Virus record (IMG/VR): IMGVR_UViG_3300032335_000499
From: a virus
Lineage: Duplodnaviria; Heunggongvirae; Uroviricota; Caudoviricetes
DNA length: 64,000 nucleotides
Strand: one strand, 5' to 3'
Shown here: piece after piece, positions 9,543 through 19,309 of the stretch
Position numbering within the stretch: the stretch's first letter is position 1
Layout: every line of letters begins with the position of its first letter
Position numbers and translations under genes: made by a program
The notes under the pieces: model-generated
What the model was told of the DNA's origin: nothing
Seen by the model: the letters and a program-made list of their open reading frames with translations, nothing else
The model's database searches: none

Positions 9543-9937
9543 TGAGAGCATATGAGTTCATAACAGAATCGGTTACTGATGGGTTAAGTGTTGCATCCTA
9601 CGCACTACCGAATACCTATGTCATTCCTGAATTGAAAAATAATGACTTCTATGAATTGTATAGATTCGGCGTAGCAATTGCAGATGTCCGTGGAACAAGC
9701 GGCCCCGATGACGGTGTTCAAAATGAGTTCAAACACGATTTTAAAGCGGAAACTGCATGGGGTGAGAATCAGGTAGTATCTTCTGAATTTGATGCTGACA
9801 TTGGACAACTCATTGACCAGGCATTAGCAAAAGTAGGCAAGCGTGGCAAAAAATCAGTAAGTACGCCAGGTAGCGATGAGATACCAAATACTGGTACGCA
9901 GTCTACTCTTAAGCCTTTTAAAGGGTATAAACGATGA
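9542..9937 (+). CDS. putative internal head protein, paralogue 1
   Basis: MRAYEFITE N-terminus; similar to the next two ORFs. Confidence 0.65.
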   Translation: MRAYEFITESVTDGLSVASYALPNTYVIPELKNNDFYELYRFGVAIADVRGTSGPDDGVQNEFKHDFKAETAWGENQVVSSEFDADIGQLIDQALAKVGKRGKKSVSTPGSDEIPNTGTQSTLKPFKGYKR

Positions 9938-10302
9938 GAGCGCATGAGTTTATTACCGAAGGTAATAAGGGAAAAGTATCTGACCGCCAACAGCAATCCA
10001 CTGTTGGGTTAAATATTTTTGCAACAACTCAATACGATAGAACATATGACTTGAATAGAGTTATGATGGCAGTCGCCTCAACTGACGGTGTAACTGTCCC
10101 TGATTTAAATAGGGAAAGCTGGGTAGGTAAGAACAACACCGCTCACCCTTATACTCAAGTAGAGCAAGATATGTTAAAAATAGCATATAAAGCAGCAGGA
10201 ATCCCCTTTCAAGATTTGAACAAAGGTGATTTGGATAGTGAAGAATTAGATTCTACTCAAGACCAAAGCCCCATCAAGCCCTTTAAAGGATATAAGAAGT
10301 GA
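9934..10302 (+). CDS. putative internal head protein, paralogue 2
   Basis: MRAHEFITE N-terminus; KPFKGYK C-terminus shared with paralogue 1. Confidence 0.65.
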   Translation: MRAHEFITEGNKGKVSDRQQQSTVGLNIFATTQYDRTYDLNRVMMAVASTDGVTVPDLNRESWVGKNNTAHPYTQVEQDMLKIAYKAAGIPFQDLNKGDLDSEELDSTQDQSPIKPFKGYKK

Positions 10303-10679
10303 GAGCGCACGAGTTCATCAATGAAGGTAAGAAGGGTTCCGTGCCTAAAAGACATGATGCTTCTCAACCTGGCGCCTATAAATTCAGAGATAATGGTACA
10401 GACAGAACCTATCATCTAAATCAAATCATGAAAGCAGTAGCTATGGCCGATGGAACATCTACTAAAGCATTGAAGATGGATGATGAAAGTTTTGCTGGCA
10501 AAAACAACCTAGCTTATCCATACACTGATGTAGAACATACTATGATGCAGCAGGCATTCAACACTGTATCTCCTACGCAAGCTAAAGAGATGATTAAGGG
10601 TAGAGATAGTAGCGAACTTGATATCGTTAACAAAACTAGTCCTGTTGCTTCTAGACCAAAAGATCACAGAAAAAAATAA
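10299..10679 (+). CDS. putative internal head protein, paralogue 3
   Basis: MRAHEFINE; DRTY.LN..M.AVA..DG and GKNN.A.PYT shared with paralogue 2. Confidence 0.65.
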   Translation: MRAHEFINEGKKGSVPKRHDASQPGAYKFRDNGTDRTYHLNQIMKAVAMADGTSTKALKMDDESFAGKNNLAYPYTDVEHTMMQQAFNTVSPTQAKEMIKGRDSSELDIVNKTSPVASRPKDHRKK

Positions 10680-10709
10680 TTACTAGCTAGCTACTGCATA
10701 AGTAATTTC

Positions 10710-11414
10710 ATGCAAAACTTAATCGACATCAACCAAACCCTAGACCTTATCAAGCTCAAGTTTTATAACGAATGGCTTTACACCGCTCATATCTATGATG
10801 AAGGCGACAGCCAGTTCCATAGACAACTTACTAAGCAGGTAGTAGAAACTTACATTGACCCACTCAATTTGCCTAAGGATGCGCACATTCTTGACTTAGG
10901 AAGTGGTCCTGGCTACTTTCTTGACGAAATGAAAGAGCGGGAGTACACTAATGTAACCGGAGTAACACTAAGCCCCGGAGATGTTGCTATCTGTGAAGCC
11001 AAAGGCCATACTATTAAAAAGTATGACTTGTCATTCTTGCCACAAAAGGATGGCTACTATGATGAATCAGTTGACTTTATCTTCTTGCGTCACGCACTAG
11101 AGCATAGTCCTTATCCTATCTTCTCGTTGATGGAATATAATCGTGTTCTCAAGCAGGGTTCAAAGATTTATATTGAAGTTCCTGCTCCTGACGGTGATAG
11201 AAAGCATGAATATAATCTGAATCACTATAGTATTTTTGGGTCAAATCAATTGGCTGCATTACTACAGCGTACCGGATTTGACATTGATAGCTTCAATAAT
11301 CTTGAGTTTGAATTAAATATTGCAGATCCCGAAGATCCCGAAAAGAAGCAAACAGCTAAAGAAAAATACTTTTGCATCGTTGCTACTAAAGCAAGACCAC
11401 TAGATATCAAGTAA
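10710..11414 (+). CDS. class I SAM-dependent methyltransferase
   Basis: ILDLGSGPG, RHALEH, RVLKQG.IYIEVP. Confidence 0.88.
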   Translation: MQNLIDINQTLDLIKLKFYNEWLYTAHIYDEGDSQFHRQLTKQVVETYIDPLNLPKDAHILDLGSGPGYFLDEMKEREYTNVTGVTLSPGDVAICEAKGHTIKKYDLSFLPQKDGYYDESVDFIFLRHALEHSPYPIFSLMEYNRVLKQGSKIYIEVPAPDGDRKHEYNLNHYSIFGSNQLAALLQRTGFDIDSFNNLEFELNIADPEDPEKKQTAKEKYFCIVATKARPLDIK

Positions 11415-11419
11415 AAAAC

Positions 11420-11447
11420 ACTCCCACTGCTTAGTGGGAGTATTTTT
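11420..11447 (+). terminator. intrinsic terminator (possibly bidirectional)
   Basis: ACTCCCACT-gctt-AGTGGGAGT with an A-run before and T-run after. Confidence 0.7.
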
Positions 11448-11454
11448 ATAAATA
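11447..11454 (+). promoter_or_regulatory. T4 late promoter consensus
   Basis: TATAAATA 5 nt before the terminase ATG. Confidence 0.75.
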
Positions 11455-11459
11455 TTACT

Positions 11460-13007
11460 ATGGCAAATACACCCACTCTTATTAAGGATCCGTACAAGAA
11501 AACTGTCTTCAAGAACCAACAGGAACTTGATGACTTTATGAAATGCTGTGATCCAGATACAGGTTATCTATACTTCATGGATAACTTCTTCATAATTCAA
11601 CATCCTACCAAAGGCAGTATGAATTATCACCCTTGGGAGTTCCAAGAACGATTAATTGACACATACCATCGCTATCGTTTCTCTATCTCATTGATGCCTA
11701 GACAGAGTGGTAAGTCAACATCAGCAGCAGGTTATCTGCTTTGGTACGCTATGTTCGTACCCGACTCTACTATTCTTATTGCAGCACACAAGTACACCGG
11801 TGCACAAGAAATTATGCAGCGTATACGATATGCGTATGAAAATTGTCCAGATCATATAAAAGCAGGCGTTACTACCTATAACAAGGGTTCGCTTGACTTT
11901 GAGAACGGATCACGCATCGTGTCTGCTACTACGACTGAAAACACAGGTCGTGGTATGTCTATTACATTACTATATCTTGACGAATTTGCTTTCGTCCGTC
12001 CTTCAATCGCACAAGAGTTTTGGACTTCTATCACTCCTACTCTATCAACTGGTGGTAAAGCAATCATTACTTCAACCCCAAACAGTGACGAAGACCAGTT
12101 TGCTCTTATTTGGAAGGGTGCAAACAAAACAGAAGACGAATTCGGTAATACTACTGAGTTAGGTGTTAACGGCTTTAGAGCATTTAGAGCATACTGGACA
12201 GAACAGCCCGGTCGTGACCAAAAATGGGCTGATGAAATGAAAGCTCAACTCGGTGATGATCGCTTCAATCGTGAAATCGGTTGCGAATTTATCATTGCAG
12301 ACGAAACACTAATCAATCCAAACACATTACTCATGCTTGAGGGAATTGAACCTAATAATAGAATGGGACAAGTACGCTGGTATAAACTACCTGAGAAAGG
12401 TAGACTGTATGTAGTAGCTCTTGATCCAAGTCTTGGTACAGGCGGTGACCCTGCTGCTATTCAAATCTTTGAAGCAAGTACTACTACTCAGATTGGCGAG
12501 TGGAAACACAACAAGACTGATATTCCTAGTCAAATTAAACTACTTGCTGAAATTTGTAAGTATATCTCGGAAAAAACTAACGAACCAAACAATATCTATT
12601 ATAGTATTGAAAACAACGGCATTGGTCAGGCTGCTATCGTATCACTAAACGAATACGGGGAATCAAATATACCGGGTGTCTTTATTAGTGAGTCAGGCAA
12701 AGGCAAACGCGGATTCACTACTACTAATAAGCCTAAGCTTGCTGCTTGCGCCAAGTTCAAAACACTGTTAGAATCAAAGAAGATGACTATTCATAGCCGC
12801 TCTCTTATTAGTGAGTTGAAAGCGTTTGTTGCGTCTGGAGGAAGCTATGCAGCTAAGATAGGAGACACTGATGACTTAGTAATGTCATCCCTATTAGCAG
12901 TTAGAATGATGACACAGTTAGCAGACTATCACGGTGACCTAGAAAGTCAAATGCGTGACCACGATGAGATTATTATGCCTCTGCCATTCTTTGCCGTCTT
13001 AGGCTAA
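11460..13007 (+). CDS. terL: terminase large subunit (T4 gp17-like)
   Basis: Walker A PRQSGKS, Walker B LLYLDEFAF, STPN, RNase H-like ALDPS and DDLVM. Confidence 0.96.
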   Translation: MANTPTLIKDPYKKTVFKNQQELDDFMKCCDPDTGYLYFMDNFFIIQHPTKGSMNYHPWEFQERLIDTYHRYRFSISLMPRQSGKSTSAAGYLLWYAMFVPDSTILIAAHKYTGAQEIMQRIRYAYENCPDHIKAGVTTYNKGSLDFENGSRIVSATTTENTGRGMSITLLYLDEFAFVRPSIAQEFWTSITPTLSTGGKAIITSTPNSDEDQFALIWKGANKTEDEFGNTTELGVNGFRAFRAYWTEQPGRDQKWADEMKAQLGDDRFNREIGCEFIIADETLINPNTLLMLEGIEPNNRMGQVRWYKLPEKGRLYVVALDPSLGTGGDPAAIQIFEASTTTQIGEWKHNKTDIPSQIKLLAEICKYISEKTNEPNNIYYSIENNGIGQAAIVSLNEYGESNIPGVFISESGKGKRGFTTTNKPKLAACAKFKTLLESKKMTIHSRSLISELKAFVASGGSYAAKIGDTDDLVMSSLLAVRMMTQLADYHGDLESQMRDHDEIIMPLPFFAVLG

Positions 13008-13025
13008 TTTGGCATAAATATACAT

Positions 13026-15041
13026 ATGGCAATCGGAAATGAAACATTTAACCACGAACTTTATAGTCTTCTCAAAGTAAGAGGCTATCAACCATCGCCT
13101 TTGAATTCTCAAAATCAACGAGTTAAAGCTTCGCAGGAAGCAGACGTAATTGAGTTTGACTTTATCAAAGATGGGGAAAATTACGGAAAAGTTTGGGTAA
13201 GCATTGATGATGCAAGCAATGTTTGTATCTATTTCGATGATGAGCAGGCTGAAAGTCCTAGTAATGCTACTCCGGGAACTGATTATGATGATACTTGGAC
13301 AGGATTACTAAAGCATATAAAGCAGTGGGCACAGCGTAGACAGCTAAGCTTTGAACTAGCAAACAAAGATAGATTAGGCGATGACATGCGCCAAAGGGAT
13401 TATTATAAGATGAAAGAAAAATTAGGCGAGGGCTATCACCCAATGGGTAAGAAAGCATCATATAACGATGCAGTTCCTAATGTAAAAATTATCCTTCAAC
13501 ACAATCGAGGTCTTGAAGAAGGCGAGCAACGCTATCGTAATGTTGCTAAGATTTTCTTAGAAAACCAAGATGGTGAACGGTTCCTAGCTCCTACTACTCG
13601 TCCAGGCATTGCTCGTGTATATGCTCGTCATATTGCTGAGGGCGGCGTACCCAATGATGAGCGTTGGAACCATATTAAATCTATTTGCGAAGAATATAAT
13701 CAGATGGCTGGATTTGTCCGTGCCACTCGTAATAAAGAATTCAACGAGTCCGCACTATCCCTAGTGCAAGAAGGTGCCAATCACTACGGTAACCTTAGAG
13801 AAACACTGAGTAAACTTGCTGGTCATCGTGGATATCACGCTTACTTTGAATCATATACCCCTGCTCTTATGGAAGATGAAGACGATACTAGTATCAACGA
13901 ACTATTTGTCCAAGAGACAATGGATCCTAGAATTGAATCGGTGATGCCAATTCTATCTAGATTGCATAAGAAGGTGTCTGAGACCGCTGTTCCAGAAGTA
14001 GACTCGTTAGCAGAATGGGCAGATAGTGTCATTAATGAAAAATTAGACATGGATGACAAGAAGCCAGCTAAGAAGCAAGAGAAAGATGCCGATTCTAAAC
14101 CAAAATTTGCCGGATCTGGTCCAGGACCCTTAGATAGAATTAAAGTTGATGCCGAAAAAAAGAGAACTGGTAAATTAGCTAAGTTTTTCGGTGTTCAAGA
14201 AGGGGATGTTATCCCGTTCAAGAAAAAGAAGCATGACGATGACGATGATAGCTGGATCCCATCAATTGAAGACTTTGAGCAGGAAGAAGCAATCCGCAAT
14301 CGCAATCGTGAGTATCAAAAACGCAAACGCACCCCTGCAAACGATGTAAATGAAATGGATAAGAGCCCAGAAGCTAACCCATATAGTGGTCAGGGGCATC
14401 GCAAGGGCGATGACCATGCAGGAAAGCCACAGCACACTGCTAAAATCATGGCTGCTAAAGATGCAGTTAAGATGGCTAGAAAGACTCTTGACAAAGCATT
14501 CAAGGGCGATGTTGAAGAAAACTTCATCGGCATGGCACCTCAAGCAGTAGCAGAAAAAGAAATGGATTCTACTACAAAGAGTTTGGCAGTTCCTGCTGAT
14601 GAAATGTTAGATGAAGCTCCCGGAGCAGAAACATTATCACATAATCAATCTACTGAAAAGTCAAATCTAAAAGCATTTGATCTTGAAGAAGTTGATATGG
14701 GTCAAGCAGACCGCACACTACGTCATACCCCACGAGGTGATGACAATGGTAAGATGAGCCACATCACATCATTAAGCAAAGCCGCGAAGAAAATGGGACA
14801 TGATAGTTACGCAGATGTCCCTGATAATGCAGTTGAAAAATTAAAAACACTTGCTAAGAAAATCAGAGGCGGCGAGGATGTATCAGAAGACCTAGACGCA
14901 AACCAAAAGCGTGTAGGACAGCTTGGACCCACTGAAAAAGTAAAGAACAACAACATTGGCAAGCTAGTCGGTGCTAACGAATCAACAGAGATTGATCCGG
15001 AACTAGCTCGTATCATCGAAATGGCACGTTTCAAACGATAA
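13026..15041 (+). CDS. late protein with modular charged C-terminal half (putative head/core protein)
   Basis: 671 aa; TAAATA 5 nt upstream; many [VIL]xE sites. Confidence 0.75.
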   Translation: MAIGNETFNHELYSLLKVRGYQPSPLNSQNQRVKASQEADVIEFDFIKDGENYGKVWVSIDDASNVCIYFDDEQAESPSNATPGTDYDDTWTGLLKHIKQWAQRRQLSFELANKDRLGDDMRQRDYYKMKEKLGEGYHPMGKKASYNDAVPNVKIILQHNRGLEEGEQRYRNVAKIFLENQDGERFLAPTTRPGIARVYARHIAEGGVPNDERWNHIKSICEEYNQMAGFVRATRNKEFNESALSLVQEGANHYGNLRETLSKLAGHRGYHAYFESYTPALMEDEDDTSINELFVQETMDPRIESVMPILSRLHKKVSETAVPEVDSLAEWADSVINEKLDMDDKKPAKKQEKDADSKPKFAGSGPGPLDRIKVDAEKKRTGKLAKFFGVQEGDVIPFKKKKHDDDDDSWIPSIEDFEQEEAIRNRNREYQKRKRTPANDVNEMDKSPEANPYSGQGHRKGDDHAGKPQHTAKIMAAKDAVKMARKTLDKAFKGDVEENFIGMAPQAVAEKEMDSTTKSLAVPADEMLDEAPGAETLSHNQSTEKSNLKAFDLEEVDMGQADRTLRHTPRGDDNGKMSHITSLSKAAKKMGHDSYADVPDNAVEKLKTLAKKIRGGEDVSEDLDANQKRVGQLGPTEKVKNNNIGKLVGANESTEIDPELARIIEMARFKR

Positions 15042-15048
15042 TTAGATT

Positions 15049-15089
15049 TTGGGTGCATAACGTAATATAATAATATATTATGCACCCAA
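15049..15089. repeat. 12-bp perfect inverted repeat
   Basis: TTGGGTGCATAA (15049-15060) / TTATGCACCCAA (15078-15089). Confidence 0.85.
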
Positions 15090-15097
15090 TTAACTTG

Positions 15098-15208
15098 TAA
15101 ATACACTGCACATGAGTTATAACATAACTTGTGTGTAGTTGTCTCCGACAACTAAACATAAAAACACATTTAGGCTCAACATAGGCACATTTAAAAGGAG
15201 AAAACAAA
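15098..15208 (+). promoter_or_regulatory. late promoter and structured 5' leader of gp32 (probable autogenous operator)
   Basis: TAAATA, two hairpins, A/C-rich tract with CACATTTA twice, AAGGAG RBS. Confidence 0.55.
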
Positions 15209-16216
15209 ATGGCAAGTCTAGCAGAAATCCGGGCTCGTTTGGCAGCCCAAGAAAACCGTGGTCAGAACAAGTCTTCTGGCACACAATCTGATAACGCAAT
15301 CTATCCTCATTGGAATATGGAAGAAGGTGCTACTGCAACTATTCGCTTCCTTCCCGATGGCAACCCTAACAATGAATGGGGCTTTTGGGTAGAACGTCAA
15401 ATCATCAAGCTCCCCTTCAATGGCGTTAAGGGTGACCCCAACGTTAAGCAAGTAACTGTTCAAGTTCCTTGCGTAGAAATGTATGGTGAAAACTGCCCAG
15501 TTCTCGCAGAAGTTCGTCCTTGGTACAAGGATGACACTCTTAAGGAACTCGCTAACAAGTATTGGAAGAAGCGTTCGTATCTCTTCCAGGGCTTTGTTCG
15601 TACTAATCCGATTGGCAATGATACGTCGCCAGCTAATCCGATTCGACGTTTTATTATCTCTCCACAAATCTTTACTATCATTAAAGCATCCTTGATGGAT
15701 CCTGAGATTGAAGAATTGCCAACTGACTATCAGCGTGGTCTTGACTTCACTGTTAAGAAGACTACTAAGGGTGGTTATGCTGACTATTCTACTTCTAATT
15801 GGGCACGTAAGGAAAGTTCACTTACCGAAGCTGAACAGGCTGCTATCGAAGCACATGGCTTGTTCAATCTTGCTGACTTCTTGCCAAAGAAGCCAAGCGA
15901 GTCAGAGCTTCGTGTCATTAAGGAAATGTTCGAAGCATCGGTTGATGGTCGTCCTTATGACGCTGATAAGTGGGGCGCATACTATCGTCCATATGGTGTT
16001 GATGCACCTGCTGGTAATTCAAACACCGCAACTACCGAATCGGTTCCGCCGAAAGTAGTTGATTATCAGCCATCGCATGGTGGACATGCTCAGGTACCGT
16101 CAGATGACACTCCTCCGTTCGAAGTTGACGAACCAATCAAGGTTCCAGAACAGTCTACTTCAAGTGACAAGGCACAGGACATTCTTGCAATGATCCGCGC
16201 TCGTCAAACCAAGTAA
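15209..16216 (+). CDS. gp32: single-stranded DNA-binding protein (T4 gp32-like)
   Basis: IRFLPD, CVEMYGENCPV, YWKKRSY, GYADYSTS, acidic tail. Confidence 0.92.
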   Translation: MASLAEIRARLAAQENRGQNKSSGTQSDNAIYPHWNMEEGATATIRFLPDGNPNNEWGFWVERQIIKLPFNGVKGDPNVKQVTVQVPCVEMYGENCPVLAEVRPWYKDDTLKELANKYWKKRSYLFQGFVRTNPIGNDTSPANPIRRFIISPQIFTIIKASLMDPEIEELPTDYQRGLDFTVKKTTKGGYADYSTSNWARKESSLTEAEQAAIEAHGLFNLADFLPKKPSESELRVIKEMFEASVDGRPYDADKWGAYYRPYGVDAPAGNSNTATTESVPPKVVDYQPSHGGHAQVPSDDTPPFEVDEPIKVPEQSTSSDKAQDILAMIRARQTK

Positions 16217-16221
16217 CTTGG

Positions 16222-16247
16222 ATTGGGGGAGGGAAACCTCCCCCAAT
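16222..16247 (+). terminator. GNRA-capped hairpin after gp32
   Basis: ATTGGGGGAGG-GAAA-CCTCCCCCAAT; no clear U tract. Confidence 0.55.
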
Positions 16248-16265
16248 TACTTATGGAGAACCCCA

Positions 16266-16496
16266 ATGACTACACCAGAAGACAGGTACAGGGCTCTTAA
16301 GCAAAGTAGAAAGTTGCTGGAAGAGTTATGCGATCCAGGTAAAACCCCTCGTGTTCCAAGTATTGTTCGTGACCGCGCAAGATCAATTTTGCGTCACTAT
16401 CCTAGTGACTACAACTTAGACCAACTTGCAGAAAATAGTCCCGAACTACTTGAAAAAAATTCGCAACATGATAAGTTATTAAAAATTATTAGATAA
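16266..16496 (+). CDS. small protein (BPSL0761-like)
   Basis: MTTPEDRYRAL...PRVPSIVRDRARSILRHYP; GGAG RBS. Confidence 0.65.
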   Translation: MTTPEDRYRALKQSRKLLEELCDPGKTPRVPSIVRDRARSILRHYPSDYNLDQLAENSPELLEKNSQHDKLLKIIR

Positions 16497-16506
16497 GGAG
16501 GCTATT

Positions 16507-17574
16507 TTGGCAAAACCGTTTGACATTTCGAAGTTTCGAAAAGATATTACTAAGGCTATCGATGGTCTTAGCATTGGCTTTAATGATCCGACAGATTGGA
16601 TCAGTACAGGCAATTATGCGCTCAATTACCGCATTAGTGGTGATTTTAATAAAGGTATTCCTCTCGGCAAGGTTACAGTCTTCGCCGGCGAGTCAGGTGC
16701 AGGTAAATCCTACATCTGTTCAGGCAATATTGTAAGACATGCCCAAGAACAGGGTATCTTCGTTGTGCTAATCGACAGCGAAAACGCACTTGACGAGGCA
16801 TGGCTTCATGCTCTCGGTGTTGATACTAGCGATGAGAAGCTACTTAAATTGAATATGGCAATGATTGATGACGTTGCTAAAACTATCAGTGAATTCATGA
16901 AGGGCTATAAAGCCATGAATGAAGAAGACAAGCCTAAAGTTCTGTTCGTCATTGACTCGCTAGGCATGTTGCTCACTCCAACTGATGTTAATCAGTTCGA
17001 AGCAGGTGATATGAAGGGTGACATGGGTCGTAAGCCTAAAGCACTGACTTCACTTGTTCGTAACTGCGTTAACATGTTTGGTTCAAACAACGTAGGTCTT
17101 GTAGCAACTAATCATACATATGCGTCACAGGATATGTTTGACCCCGATGATAAGATTTCAGGTGGTCAAGGCTTCATCTATGCATCATCGATTGTTGTTG
17201 CAATGAAGAAGCTTAAGCTCAAGGAAGACGAAGACGGCAACAAGGTGAGTCAGGTTAATGGTATTCGTGCTGCTTGTAAGGTAATGAAAACTCGTTACGC
17301 AAAGCCGTTTGAATCTGTTCAAGTCAAGATTCCTTACACAACGGGCATGAGTCCTTACTCAGGTCTTACTGATATGTGTGAAGCATTGAAGATGCTCAAC
17401 AAGGAAGGTAACTCACTCGTATATTCTAAGCTTGACGGAACTATCATTAAGAAGTTCCGTAAGGGTTGGGAAGCAAATGACGATGGTTGTCTTGACGCTA
17501 TCATGTCTGAATTTGAAGCTAAGACTTCAAACAAGAATGCCGCTCTAATCGAAGAAGAGGAAGTTGCAGAATGA
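16507..17574 (+). CDS. uvsX: RecA-like recombinase
   Basis: GESGAGKS, IDSENA, VIDSLGML, SGGQGFIYASS; TTG start with AAGGAGG. Confidence 0.95.
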   Translation: MAKPFDISKFRKDITKAIDGLSIGFNDPTDWISTGNYALNYRISGDFNKGIPLGKVTVFAGESGAGKSYICSGNIVRHAQEQGIFVVLIDSENALDEAWLHALGVDTSDEKLLKLNMAMIDDVAKTISEFMKGYKAMNEEDKPKVLFVIDSLGMLLTPTDVNQFEAGDMKGDMGRKPKALTSLVRNCVNMFGSNNVGLVATNHTYASQDMFDPDDKISGGQGFIYASSIVVAMKKLKLKEDEDGNKVSQVNGIRAACKVMKTRYAKPFESVQVKIPYTTGMSPYSGLTDMCEALKMLNKEGNSLVYSKLDGTIIKKFRKGWEANDDGCLDAIMSEFEAKTSNKNAALIEEEEVAE

Positions 17575-17852
17575 GCTTATCTCTTATCAATGAAGTTTGG
17601 AAGCTATTGAAGCCGAGCATCGAAGCAGGTGATACTGACGGTGCTGCTGAAACTCTAGTCAACTATCTCGTTGAGGAAGAGGTTGCTTCTGCACATGAAA
17701 TTAAGGCAGCGTTCCGCGGCGATAAAGATATCAAGGACGCTCTGGATTTTTACTTAGAAACTCCAGAAGACGGTCATTACCACGAATCAGATGATGATGA
17801 CTTCTTTGACGATATTGACGTAGACGATTTTTACGACGAAGACGAATACTAA
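17571..17852 (+). CDS. hypothetical protein with acidic tail
   Basis: 93 aa between uvsX and uvsY. Confidence 0.75.
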   Translation: MSLSLINEVWKLLKPSIEAGDTDGAAETLVNYLVEEEVASAHEIKAAFRGDKDIKDALDFYLETPEDGHYHESDDDDFFDDIDVDDFYDEDEY

Positions 17853-18310
17853 TGACTTGGTACAGCAAGGTAACATCTGACTTAAGCTATTTGCCGGACT
17901 TCATTACTCACTATGAAGGTGAATTGATTTCGGCAAAGAGCGATGTTAAGGTGCAAGGAAATGTTGAAAAGAACATTTCCTCACTACCTGGCGTAACTGA
18001 ATACCGCTTCAATCAACTTCAAGAGGTTGAAGCGGTATTACGGTACCTAGAAATTCAACTGCGTAAGATTCGTAGAAAGCATTTTCAAAAGTATCTTGAA
18101 AAGTATAATCGTAACTTATCTAGCCGTGATGCTGAAAAGTATGTTGATGGTGAGGATGAAGTTATCGATTATGAAGTATTAATTAACGAAGTAGCCTTGC
18201 TTCGTAACAAGTGGACAGGTATTATTAAGGCACTAGAGTCAAAGAACTTTATGCTTGGGCATGTAGTTCGTCTAAGAACCGCTGGTATGGAAGATATCTC
18301 AATTGGGTAA
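17852..18310 (+). CDS. uvsY: recombination mediator UvsY-like
   Basis: Helical protein; LSSRDAEKYVDGE, LRTAGMED; close to uvsX. Confidence 0.75.
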   Translation: MTWYSKVTSDLSYLPDFITHYEGELISAKSDVKVQGNVEKNISSLPGVTEYRFNQLQEVEAVLRYLEIQLRKIRRKHFQKYLEKYNRNLSSRDAEKYVDGEDEVIDYEVLINEVALLRNKWTGIIKALESKNFMLGHVVRLRTAGMEDISIG

Positions 18311-18353
18311 CTACATACTTGATTTTTAACCTATAACATAGTAGATATAGAAT

Positions 18354-19103
18354 ATGACACACGCACTTGCAACATTAGCTTCGGTCTTTGATACTGCTAT
18401 CACATGGCCCATAGCATCAAAACAAACCGAAGTAAACGAAGTAACCGAAGTACCTACAATTGAAGACCCGTTGGTTTTGAGTTGTACTTTGTTTCGCTTT
18501 GCTAATCCTAATAGTGAAGACTACAGTCCTACTATACGATTTTTAAATCTTATGAAAGATCAAAGTCAAATTCTAGAAAAAACAACCGATGTTGACCGTA
18601 AGTTGGCTGATGATATCCGTAGGCATTACCGAGGCAAGTTTGTTTTTCTTAGATTGCGCGGTGAACAGCCCACAAAGTTTAGGCAAGATTTAGAAAAGTT
18701 TGTTGCAGTTGATTGGGATCCTTCTTTTACTATCACAGAAAAGACTGTAGGTCTGATTTGTAAACTTCCCTTCTTCTATGAGCATGATATGGGACTAATC
18801 AATGATGTATTTGGTTCCGAAACACATAACATTAAAAAGCATGTATCTAGTAATGACCCTGTTACACTAACGTTTATCAAGGTATTGGACGAGAACCAAA
18901 AAGGAAAAACTTCTTTCAGTTATTGGTTCAAGGACTCACACGATAACCGATTTAGCATTCCAGTAGAAAAAAATAATTCACTTATTCCCACCTGGGAAGA
19001 GTTTATTAAGAAGCCGGTAACACTCTCAGGACACTATACTAGTCGCTCGTATGATAGCCTAGAATTTTATAAAGTGGCCAGAGGATGGAAGATTATCGGT
19101 TGA
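18354..19103 (+). CDS. hypothetical protein
   Basis: 249-aa ORF. Confidence 0.75.
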   Translation: MTHALATLASVFDTAITWPIASKQTEVNEVTEVPTIEDPLVLSCTLFRFANPNSEDYSPTIRFLNLMKDQSQILEKTTDVDRKLADDIRRHYRGKFVFLRLRGEQPTKFRQDLEKFVAVDWDPSFTITEKTVGLICKLPFFYEHDMGLINDVFGSETHNIKKHVSSNDPVTLTFIKVLDENQKGKTSFSYWFKDSHDNRFSIPVEKNNSLIPTWEEFIKKPVTLSGHYTSRSYDSLEFYKVARGWKIIG

Positions 19104-19129
19104 CAATCATATAAAAGGATGTTATAACT

Positions 19130-19309
19130 ATGAATGATGAAAAGTTGAAAAATCATATTGAACAGCTTAAGCGTAAGCACTACAATATCCAATTAGAAAT
19201 TAATCAGCTTATTCATACACATGGACCAGAAGACGAAATCAATCGTCTTAAGAAAGAAAAGTTAAGGATTAAAGATGAACTCAAAAATTGTGAACACAAA
19301 CTATCTTGA
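19130..19309 (+). CDS. DUF465/YdcH-like small coiled-coil protein (not in ORF track)
   Basis: MNDEKLKNHIEQLKRKH...INRLKKEKLRIKDEL, 59 aa; AAGGA upstream. Confidence 0.7.
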   Translation: MNDEKLKNHIEQLKRKHYNIQLEINQLIHTHGPEDEINRLKKEKLRIKDELKNCEHKLS

